From: Rhodothermales bacterium
GTDB taxonomy: Bacteria > Bacteroidota > Rhodothermia > Rhodothermales > ISCAR-4553
Direction of reading: 5' to 3'
Length of the DNA: 48,471 bases
Assembly (NCBI GenBank): GCA_026984335.1
Contig: JALSSK010000318.1
Location: 1 to 48,471 of the forward strand
This document shows positions 1-8,928 of this stretch, piece after piece. The notes beneath the pieces were generated by a model that searched no databases, had not been told where the DNA came from, and saw nothing but the letters and a program-made list of their open reading frames with translations. How positions within the stretch are numbered: the stretch's first letter is position 1; each line of letters begins with the position of its first letter. The translations under genes and the position numbers were made by a program.

Positions 1-70
1 CGAAGACGCGGGCCGGGACGAGAAACGTCAGGGCGAGGAGGCCCGTGAGGAGCAAGCGACTGTTCGGCAT
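1..70 (-). CDS. 5' end of an exported-protein gene running off the left edge (signal-peptide-like N-terminus only)
   Basis: ATG at 70 on the minus strand, 26 nt downstream of the TetR stop. The translation MPNSRLLLTGLLALTFLVPARVF has a charged n-region plus a hydrophobic core. Only 23 codons are visible, so the product is unknown. Confidence 0.3.
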   Translation of the reverse strand, partial: MPNSRLLLTGLLALTFLVPARVF

Positions 71-96
71 GCGATGGATAAAGGGTCTGTGCATGG

Positions 97-813
97 TCAC
101 TCGGTTGGCTGGGGCGTCGCGGCGGTGGGGGGGGGAGCAGGCGCGGCGAGCAATCCGTCAAAGAGCATCGTGGTGAGGAACGTCGCCATCTCGTCCGGAG
201 CGTCGCAGGAGGCGGGGCAACCGTCCCGTTCCCCGGCTTCGAGCATCATGTGCGTCTGACATCCCTTGATGTTGCCGAGAATCATGTGCGCGAGCGCGTG
301 CGCCGGCAGAGGCTTGAGCTCGCCCCGTGCGATGGCGGCTTCGATCGGCGGAACAAGCGCCTCGACCACCCGCCGGCGCTGGCGCATGAAAAACCGCGCC
401 TTCGCCGAATCCTCGCTGAAAATCATCAGATGCGCCTCCTTGATGAGGATCATGAAGAGATTCTTTCGTTCGAGGAAGAAGCGGAAACAGCCGGCGATGA
501 AGGTGTGGAAGAGTTCACGTATGGGATGGCGTTCTATCCGTTGAGGCGTGAAGGAGGATGCGATGAGCCGGCAAAGATCGTCGTAAATCTCCTCGAAGAT
601 CGCGAAGAGGATGGCTTCCTTGCCGCCTTCGAAATAGTTGTAGAGCGTGCCTTTGCCGAACTCCGCCCGTTGGGCGATTTCGTCCAGCGTGGCGTGCGTG
701 TAGCCTTTCTCGGCAAAGACGGCCTGTGCGGCTTCGAGCATGGCCCGGCGGCGCATCAGGCGCTCCCGCTCCCGACGGCTCAGTTTGACGGGCTCTGCAA
801 ACTGCGTTTCCAT
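97..813 (-). CDS. TetR/AcrR family transcriptional regulator
   Basis: 238-aa ORF. N-terminal HTH reads AAQAVFAEKGYTHATLDEIAQRAEFGKGTLYNYF, a typical TetR_N signature. Confidence 0.9.
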   Translation of the reverse strand: METQFAEPVKLSRRERERLMRRRAMLEAAQAVFAEKGYTHATLDEIAQRAEFGKGTLYNYFEGGKEAILFAIFEEIYDDLCRLIASSFTPQRIERHPIRELFHTFIAGCFRFFLERKNLFMILIKEAHLMIFSEDSAKARFFMRQRRRVVEALVPPIEAAIARGELKPLPAHALAHMILGNIKGCQTHMMLEAGERDGCPASCDAPDEMATFLTTMLFDGLLAAPAPPPTAATPQPTE

Positions 814-1171
814 AGGCGGTGTCGTGAAGAGGGGGGACCGGTCGCGAGAGGCGGGTTCCCGAAGAACCGCACCCCGACTGACAGCCCCGGGTCAGGTGTG
901 TCGAATGTTGGAGCTTTCTGCCTGGAACGCTTCCGACCTGTTGCCTGACCCGTTGAAAAAAAGTGACTGGTGAGTCATGATTTGGACCCGTACGTCAAAT
1001 TGAAGTCCGGGATTCACGGCGATTGTTAAGAAAGTGACAAGAAGGGGGAAGGGAGAGGGCGCGTAGAGGAACGCGGAGGCGGCCTCGAGCGCGCGATCGC
1101 AACCCGTCGGGGCAGATTGCGTAGGGACAACGTGCTTGCGGCCCACCCATAGAAAAACAAAGGAAAAGACG

Positions 1172-2065
1172 ATGCTCCGACGCCTGACCGGTATCCTCTT
1201 GATGACGGCGCTTACGGTGGTTGCCGTGCGTGCGAGTGCGAGCGCCGAGGAACGGGACACCATTAAAAAATCCTTCAAGGTGCACGCCGGCGGCACGCTC
1301 TATCTCGATCTCGATCACGGCAACGTGGTGATCGAAATCGGGAGCGACGACGTGGTGAACATCGAGGTGGACCGCATCGTCGAGGCCCGGGATCGGTATG
1401 CGGCCAAACGCATTCTCGAGCAGCATGACCTGGATTTCTCACAGTCGGGCGATGACGTGCGGTTGCGTTCGCGTTTCGAAGATGATCAATGGTCGCGCAA
1501 GCTGTGGGGAAAGTCGACGCGTTTCAAGGTACGGGTGCGCATTCAGGCGCCCGAGCGATATAACATCGACTTCACCAACGGTGCGGGCAACGTGGAGATC
1601 AACGGTGTGACCGGGCGTGTGGAAGGGCGTACGGGGGCGGGCAACGTCATCGTCGAGGCCGTGCACGGGCCGGTCGGCGTCAGTTCCGGCGCGGGCAACA
1701 TCGAGGTGCGGGGCGCGGTGGGCCGCACGGAGGTGGTCTCCGGGGCAGGCAATATTACGATTCAGGATATACGGGGAGAGGTGCGGGCGCATACCGGCGC
1801 AGGCAACATTACCGCCCGGATCACCGGCCCGCTGGAAGGAGACTCCCGCCTCGATTCCGGCGCGGGCAACGTGACCGTCTATCTGGATGACGGCATCGGG
1901 GTGAACGTGGACGCCGTGGCGAGCGTGGGGGCGGCCAGTTGCGAATACGGCCTGAAGGTTAAAGGGCGGTGGATGAAAAAATCCTTCGGGGGAAGCATCA
2001 ACGGCGGCGGTCCGGGCCTGACGCTTCGGTCCGGCGTGGGCAACGTGGCATTGAAGAAGCTCTGA
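1172..2065 (+). CDS. DUF4097-type beta-strand repeat protein (putative adhesin), secreted
   Basis: Start moved to ATG 1172 (MLRRLTGILLMTALTVVAVRASA signal peptide). It follows AAGGAAAA. There are six G-AGN-[IV]-x-[IV] repeats plus a terminal GVGNV, typical of DUF4097. Confidence 0.8.
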   Translation: MLRRLTGILLMTALTVVAVRASASAEERDTIKKSFKVHAGGTLYLDLDHGNVVIEIGSDDVVNIEVDRIVEARDRYAAKRILEQHDLDFSQSGDDVRLRSRFEDDQWSRKLWGKSTRFKVRVRIQAPERYNIDFTNGAGNVEINGVTGRVEGRTGAGNVIVEAVHGPVGVSSGAGNIEVRGAVGRTEVVSGAGNITIQDIRGEVRAHTGAGNITARITGPLEGDSRLDSGAGNVTVYLDDGIGVNVDAVASVGAASCEYGLKVKGRWMKKSFGGSINGGGPGLTLRSGVGNVALKKL

Positions 2066-2421
2066 TCCCCGCTCGGGTGCGTCGCCTGCCCTTTCGGCCG
2101 CCACCGGGATTCTCCGGAGACGAGCCGCTCCATCTTTGCTGTTGAAGCGACGGCGGTGCGTTCGGTGTATCGCCGAGGGGGCGCCCGCCGATCTCATCGC
2201 GCGAGGGCGACAAGCCCGGCGCGTTCCCTCATCTTGCCGGGCCCGCTGATGCGCCGGGTCTCTTTGCCCATCCCTTGCTCTGGCGGATTCCTTCCCTGCT
2301 TCCCGATTCGTGCCGGGCGGCTTCGCCGGTCTGCGTCCGTCTTTTCCCCACAGGTATTTTCTCCTTTCCCCCCACAGGATTTTTCGGGATGGCGTCTTGA
2401 CAAAATCTTGAAACTTTGCTT

Positions 2422-2438
2422 ACTTAACGCTGTTAAGT
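2422..2438 (+). promoter_or_regulatory. Putative TetR(FadR-like) operator, perfect inverted repeat ACTTAAC-gct-GTTAAGT
   Basis: 7-bp arms with a 3-bp spacer, 12 nt upstream of the regulator ATG (2450). It lies just downstream of TTGACA at 2397-2402. A related 17-mer is at 3143-3159. Confidence 0.4.
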
Positions 2439-2449
2439 CTGGAGTGAAT

Positions 2450-3085
2450 ATGGAAGAGAAGCAGCGCATGAACGGGGATCTCCGGCGTCGGATTCTGGAT
2501 ACGACCCGGCATCTTCTGGTCAGCGAGGGGTACAACAGCCTCTCGATGCGGAAAATCGCGCGCGCCATCGGGTACAGCGCTACGAGCATTTACCTGCATT
2601 TCGAGAGCAAGGACGCGCTCGTGCACGCGCTGATCGAGGAAGGGATGGCGCAGAAGTACGAGACGCTGCGCTCCATCGCCGAGGCGCACCGGGAGGACGT
2701 GATCGCGCGGCTGAAAGCATTGTGCCGGGGATACATCGACTTCGGGATCGACAACCCCGAGTACTATGAAATCATGTACATGCTTCATCCGGAACAGATG
2801 GCGCGTTTTCCCGCCGAGAAGTACCGTCGCGCGCGGAGAAACCTGGAAGTGATCGTCGATACGTTGCGGGAGGGGGCCGAGGGCAAGTTGCTGTACGTGG
2901 AGGATCCGCTCGTGGCCGCGAGCGCAATCTGGGCGGCTTTGCACGGAGCGGTGTCGCTCCTGTTTTCCCGGCGCATGGATGTCCGCGTCGACCGGGAGGC
3001 GTTCATTGATACGGTCATCTCGCAGACGCTCCGGAGCTACATCGTCGCTCCGGAAGGGGCGGATGCCGGGGTTTCCACGGTCTGA
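2450..3085 (+). CDS. TetR family regulator, probable fatty-acid degradation repressor (FadR-like)
   Basis: HTH reads GYNSLSMRKIARAIGYSATSIYLHFESKDAL. Start set at ATG 2450 (MEEKQRMNGDLRRRILD). The 98 upstream codons of the track ORF are Arg/Pro/Ser-rich junk. The gene sits directly upstream of the fad genes. Confidence 0.85.
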   Translation: MEEKQRMNGDLRRRILDTTRHLLVSEGYNSLSMRKIARAIGYSATSIYLHFESKDALVHALIEEGMAQKYETLRSIAEAHREDVIARLKALCRGYIDFGIDNPEYYEIMYMLHPEQMARFPAEKYRRARRNLEVIVDTLREGAEGKLLYVEDPLVAASAIWAALHGAVSLLFSRRMDVRVDREAFIDTVISQTLRSYIVAPEGADAGVSTV

Positions 3086-3090
3086 GGCGT

Positions 3091-3134
3091 CGGACGCTTT
3101 CGGAAGCGCTTCTGGGCCGGAGCGTCGTTTTTTT
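3091..3134 (+). terminator. Rho-independent terminator after the FadR-like gene
   Basis: CGGACGCT (3091-3098) pairs with AGCGTCG (3121-3127) with one bulge. An inner GGAAGC/GCTTC hairpin is present. A T7 run follows at 3128-3134. Confidence 0.5.
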
Positions 3135-3142
3135 GGAACAGA

Positions 3143-3159
3143 AGTTAACAGTGTTCACC
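3143..3159 (+). promoter_or_regulatory. Second putative FadR-like operator upstream of fadD
   Basis: AGTTAACAGTGTTCACC shares TTAAC-N3-GTT-N-A (11 of 17 positions) with the 2422-2438 palindrome. It lies between the terminator and the fadD start. Confidence 0.3.
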
Positions 3160-3252
3160 TTGCTGTAACTTTTTGAAGGAAACCTCCCCTGAAGGGTGGG
3201 CGGATGCGCGAGACCTTGTATGCTCATCACACTACGAATCAGTCAGAAGCCG

Positions 3253-5109
3253 ATGAAGAGCCGGATCTATACAGCCCCGCCTGAAGACGGAGCGCCCGTG
3301 CTGGGGCGGACGTTGCCGTCCCTGCTGTACGAAGCCTGCGAACGGTATGCGAATCCCCGCGCCTTGAACCAGCCGCACGGTGACCACTGGCGGGCCTTCT
3401 CGTACGAGGAGTTCCGCATCAGAGCGGAAGAAATGGCCCTCGGGCTCCAGTCCTTTGGTCTTCAAAAAGGCGACCGGGCGGCCTTTTTCATGGAGAGCGA
3501 CGTCTATTTCTGCCTGGCGGACATGGCGTGTCTGATCGCAGGCGTCATCGACGTGCCGATCTATCTGACGCACACGGAGGAGGCGCTCCGGTACGTGCTC
3601 GATCATTCCGAGGCCAAAGCGCTCTTCGTTTCCAACCTCGAACGTCTGGCCGCCATCGCGCCGGTGCTCGAAGAGACGCCGCACGTCAAGACGGTCATTC
3701 TGGCGGAGCCGGAGGAAGGAGGCGCGCTGCCTCCCCTGCCCGGGTCCGTGGGACTGGTGACGATGGAGGCCATTCGGCAGGTCGGACGCACGCGGCGCGA
3801 ACAGGAGCCGGAAGCCGTCGCCGCGATGCTCGAACGGATCGGCCCGCAGGATCTCGCCACGATCATTTATACGAGCGGCACGACGGGGCTGCCGAAGGGG
3901 GTCATGCTCACGCACGAGAACATATCGTCGAACGCGCTCACGGCGTTCCAGTGCATGACGGATTATGAGGCCGGCCCCAGGGGAGAGGTGGTGCTCTCGT
4001 TCCTTCCCATGACGCACGTCTTTGCGCGGACGTTGTACTACGGCTATCTCGGCTATGGCACGAGCGTATATTTTACCACGCCGAACGAGTTGACCACGGC
4101 GTTGCCGAAGGTGCGTCCGACGCTCTTTGCCACGGTCCCGCGCGTGCTCGAGAAGGTGTATGCCCGCATCCTCGAACGCGCGAGCGAACTGCCGAAGACC
4201 AGCCGCCGACTCTTCCGGTGGTCGCTTGCGGTGGCCGAAAGCTATGAGCTCGGACGCCGGCAGCCGCCGATGTATCGTCTCAAACGTCGCGTGGCCGACA
4301 CGCTCGTCTTCGACAAGTGGCGCGCGGCGCTCGGCGGGCGCGTCAAGCACGTCATCTGCGGCGGAGCCGCGCTCAACGCACGCCTCGCCAACACCTTTGC
4401 CGCCGCCGGCATCGACATCCTCGAAGGTTATGGCCTCACCGAGACGAGCCCCATCATCACGTTCAACCGGCCCGGCCGCAACCGCGCCGGAACGGTGGGG
4501 CAGCCGATTCCGGGGGTGGAGGTGATGATCGCCGACGACGGCGAGATCCTCACCCGGGGGCCGCACGTGATGAAAGGCTATTACCGCGACGAGGAGCGCA
4601 CCCGCGAGGTGCTCGACCCCGACGGATGGTTCCACACCGGCGACATCGGTACGTTTACCGAAGAGGGCTACCTCCGCATCACCGACCGGAAGAAGGACCT
4701 CTTCAAGCTCTCGACCGGCAAGTACGTCGTCCCGCAGCCCCTGGAAAACCGCCTCACCGCCGATCCGCTCGTCGAGCAGGCGGTGGTGGTCGGGCCGGGC
4801 TACAAATACGCCACGGCGCTCATCTTCCCGAACGAGGAAGGCGTGCGACTCTTTGCCCGCACGCAGGGCATCGACGAGACGCTGCCGTTCGACGAACTGC
4901 TCGAACACCCGAAGGTCGTGGCGCGCTTTCAGGAACTCGTCGACCGGGCGAACATGGGCATGGACCCGTGGTCCACGATCAAGAAGTTCAAGCTCGTGCC
5001 GGCGCACCTGACGCCCGAGAACGGCATGCTCACCCCCACCTTGAAAGTGAAACGATCGCTGGTCTATGCGACCTTTGCCGACGAGATCGCCTCGATGTAT
5101 GAAGACTGA
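3253..5109 (+). CDS. fadD: Long-chain fatty-acid--CoA ligase
   Basis: AMP-binding motifs IIYTSGTTGLPKGVMLTH, GYGLTETSP, FHTGDIG and DRKKDLFKLSTGKYV. Start set at ATG 3253 (MKSRIYTAPP). Confidence 0.9.
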   Translation: MKSRIYTAPPEDGAPVLGRTLPSLLYEACERYANPRALNQPHGDHWRAFSYEEFRIRAEEMALGLQSFGLQKGDRAAFFMESDVYFCLADMACLIAGVIDVPIYLTHTEEALRYVLDHSEAKALFVSNLERLAAIAPVLEETPHVKTVILAEPEEGGALPPLPGSVGLVTMEAIRQVGRTRREQEPEAVAAMLERIGPQDLATIIYTSGTTGLPKGVMLTHENISSNALTAFQCMTDYEAGPRGEVVLSFLPMTHVFARTLYYGYLGYGTSVYFTTPNELTTALPKVRPTLFATVPRVLEKVYARILERASELPKTSRRLFRWSLAVAESYELGRRQPPMYRLKRRVADTLVFDKWRAALGGRVKHVICGGAALNARLANTFAAAGIDILEGYGLTETSPIITFNRPGRNRAGTVGQPIPGVEVMIADDGEILTRGPHVMKGYYRDEERTREVLDPDGWFHTGDIGTFTEEGYLRITDRKKDLFKLSTGKYVVPQPLENRLTADPLVEQAVVVGPGYKYATALIFPNEEGVRLFARTQGIDETLPFDELLEHPKVVARFQELVDRANMGMDPWSTIKKFKLVPAHLTPENGMLTPTLKVKRSLVYATFADEIASMYED

Positions 5110-5169
5110 GGCGCGCGGCGCTTTCTTCCCTCGAACATAATCCTTCCACCGGAGAATCGAACCTGAATC

Positions 5170-7584
5170 ATGGAAGCACAAACGCTGGATCCCCTGACCC
5201 TCGAACGCACCGCCGGATGGACGCTTCGGCCGTTCCGGACCGTCACCGTGCTCGGGGCGGGCACGATGGGCGCGCAGATCGCCGCGCATTGCGCCAACGC
5301 CGGGCTTCAAGTCCGCCTGCTCGACATCGCGCCCGAGGAAGGCGACGACAAGAACGCCATCGTGAAGGCGGCCTTCAAGCGTGCGACGAAACTCAAGCCC
5401 AACCCGTTTTTCACGACCGCCGCCCGGAAACGCATCAAACTGGGCAACTTCGACGAGCACTTCGACTGGGTCGGGGAGGCCGACTGGGTGATCGAGGCCG
5501 TCGTCGAGCGGATGGACATCAAGCGGCAGGTGATGGCCCGCATCGAGGAGGCGGCGCGTGAGGATGCCGTCATCTCTACGAATACGAGCGGCCTGCCCAT
5601 CCACGAGATCGCCGAGGGCCGGTCGGAAGCATTTCGCCGACGCTTCATGGGGACGCACTTCTTCAACCCGCCCCGGTATCTGAAGCTGCTCGAAGTGATC
5701 CCCACGCCGGACACCGATCCCGCGCTCGTCGCTCGCGTGACGCACTTCGGGCGCGTGCACCTGGGCAAGGGCATCGTCATCGCCAAGGATTCGCCGTACT
5801 TCATCGGCAACCGCATCGGCATCTATGCGATGCTCCTCGCGCTCCGGCACTTTACCGAGGGCGACTATACCATCGAGGAGATCGACACGCTCACCGGAAC
5901 GCTCGTCGGGCATCCGAAGTCGGCCACCTTCCGCACCGCCGATGTGGTGGGGCTCGACGTCATGCTCCATGTCATCAAAAACCTGTACGAGGCCGTTCCG
6001 AACGACGAGAGCCGCGAGGTCTTCCGCGTCCCGCCGATCCTCGAAACGCTCGTGGCGAAAGGAGCGCTCGGGGCGAAGACGAAGGCCGGGTTCTACAAGA
6101 AGGAAGGCAAGGTCATCAAGTCGATCAACCCGGAGACGGGCGAATACGAGGACCCGAAGCCGCTCAAGCTCGGCGACCTGGACGCGATCCGGGGCGCGGG
6201 CGGGCTGGTGAAGCGGCTGCGGGCGCTCTGGGCCGACGAAGGCCGCGCGGGAGCATTCTTCCGAGAGACGACGCTCGAACTGCTCGCCTACAGCGCGCGA
6301 CGCATCCCCGAGATCACCGAGAGCCCGGCGGACGTGGACCGCGCCATCCGGTGGGGCTTCGGCTGGCGGATGGGTCCGTTCGAGACGTGGGACGCCCTCG
6401 GCTTCGAGACCGTCCTCGAAGCGATGGAGGAAAAGGGGCTCGCGCTCCCCGGATGGATCGGGGCGATGCGCGGCGACGGCGCGAAAAGCTTTTACCGGTC
6501 CGAGAACGGCGTGACGCAGGTCTACATCCCCTCCCGCCGCGCGTACGTCGAGGATCCGAAGCCGGACGATGAGATCAGCCTCGCGGCGATCAGGACCGAC
6601 GAGAAGAAGGTCTTGTGGACGAATCCCGACGCCGCCCTCCTCGACCTCGGCGACGGCGTGGCCCTCTACGAGTTCCGTTCGAAGTCGAACGCGCTCGGGC
6701 AGTTCGTGATGGAAGGGCTCGTGGAGGTCATCGAGCGGGTGGAAAACGACCCGAACCTCCGGGGGCTCGTCGTGGCGAACGAAGGAAAGAATTTCTCCGT
6801 CGGCGCGAACCTCGGCGAGGTGGCGATGGCCGTGGCGTCCGGGCAGTTCGACATGCTCAACGAGGCCATTGCGGGCTTTCAGCGGGCGATTCAGCGGGTG
6901 CGGTATGCGACGAAGCCGGTGGTTGTCGCGCCGCATCACATGACGCTCGGCGGCGCATGCGAGATGACGCTGGCGTGCCCGAACCCGGTGGTGGCGGCCG
7001 AAACGTATATCGGTCTCGTGGAGCTGGGCGCGGGGCTGATTCCGGCGGGCACGGGCACGATGCGCATGGCGGCGAAAGCCTCCGCGCTCGCCCCGAACGG
7101 CTTCCCCTCGGAGATTCAGGCCTACCTCCAGAAATACTTCGAACAGATGGCCATGGCGAAGGTCGCCACGAGCGCGCGTGAGGGGCAGGAGATGGGCTAC
7201 GTGGCCGATCACGCGCAAGTGGTGATGAACGCGGACCGGCGGTTCTTCGTCGCCAAGCAGGAGGTGATCCGGCGCTCCGAGGAGGGCTATCTGCCGCCCC
7301 CGGTGCTGACGCACATCAAGGTGCTCGGGCGTCCGGCGGCGGCGGCGATGGAGGTCGGCGCGTATCAGTTCCTGCAGGGGAAGTACATCAGCGAGTACGA
7401 CTTTTTCCTCGCCAAAAAGCTGGCGCACGTGCTCACCGGCGGCGACCTGACCGGCCCGCAGGAGGTGCACGAGGACTACCTCCTCGACCTCGAACGCGAA
7501 GCCTTCCTCAGCCTGCTCGGCGAGCCGAAAACGCAGGAGCGCATCATGCATCTGCTCCAGCACAACAAGCCGTTGCGCAACTGA
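5170..7584 (+). CDS. fadN: Bifunctional 3-hydroxyacyl-CoA dehydrogenase / enoyl-CoA hydratase (FadN type, dehydrogenase domain N-terminal)
   Basis: 804 aa. N-terminal Rossmann motif VTVLGAGTMGAQIAAHCANAG. C-terminal crotonase-like region VVANEGKNFSVGANLGE. Confidence 0.9.
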   Translation: MEAQTLDPLTLERTAGWTLRPFRTVTVLGAGTMGAQIAAHCANAGLQVRLLDIAPEEGDDKNAIVKAAFKRATKLKPNPFFTTAARKRIKLGNFDEHFDWVGEADWVIEAVVERMDIKRQVMARIEEAAREDAVISTNTSGLPIHEIAEGRSEAFRRRFMGTHFFNPPRYLKLLEVIPTPDTDPALVARVTHFGRVHLGKGIVIAKDSPYFIGNRIGIYAMLLALRHFTEGDYTIEEIDTLTGTLVGHPKSATFRTADVVGLDVMLHVIKNLYEAVPNDESREVFRVPPILETLVAKGALGAKTKAGFYKKEGKVIKSINPETGEYEDPKPLKLGDLDAIRGAGGLVKRLRALWADEGRAGAFFRETTLELLAYSARRIPEITESPADVDRAIRWGFGWRMGPFETWDALGFETVLEAMEEKGLALPGWIGAMRGDGAKSFYRSENGVTQVYIPSRRAYVEDPKPDDEISLAAIRTDEKKVLWTNPDAALLDLGDGVALYEFRSKSNALGQFVMEGLVEVIERVENDPNLRGLVVANEGKNFSVGANLGEVAMAVASGQFDMLNEAIAGFQRAIQRVRYATKPVVVAPHHMTLGGACEMTLACPNPVVAAETYIGLVELGAGLIPAGTGTMRMAAKASALAPNGFPSEIQAYLQKYFEQMAMAKVATSAREGQEMGYVADHAQVVMNADRRFFVAKQEVIRRSEEGYLPPPVLTHIKVLGRPAAAAMEVGAYQFLQGKYISEYDFFLAKKLAHVLTGGDLTGPQEVHEDYLLDLEREAFLSLLGEPKTQERIMHLLQHNKPLRN

Positions 7585-7654
7585 CGGCGCGGTTTCGGCT
7601 CGCTCTTTGAGCACGTTCGATGTTTATAGCATTCAACCCTTTGAGATAGAGATC

Positions 7655-8842
<1,188 letters not shown>

Positions 8843-8928
8843 CACCTTTTGTGCGGAATCATGGCCGGATGCGCGCGAGCGACGAAGGCGGAGGACGCAG
8901 TCAGTAAACCAACGGAAGAGGTTCAGCC

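Noticed and set aside
964-977. TGACT-ggtg-AGTCA inverted repeat as an operator of the first TetR
   Set aside because: It has only 5-bp arms and lies about 150 nt from the regulator start. It is too weak to call without comparative data.
2156-2449. N-terminal extensions of track ORFs (also 30629-30877, 45495-45674, 16682-16984, 17290-17571, 40917-41624, 3196-3252)
   Set aside because: The extensions are Arg/Pro/Ser-rich and often begin at GTG or TTG. They precede an internal ATG that yields a canonical N-terminus (an HTH regulator, a signal peptide, and so on).
3232-7614. 1460-aa ORF on the minus strand spanning fadD, fadN and the start of fadA
   Set aside because: It is antisense to three genes with unmistakable enzyme motifs. 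The translation is Arg/Gly/Pro/His-rich low-complexity sequence, typical of GC-rich shadow frames, and crosses intergenic gaps.
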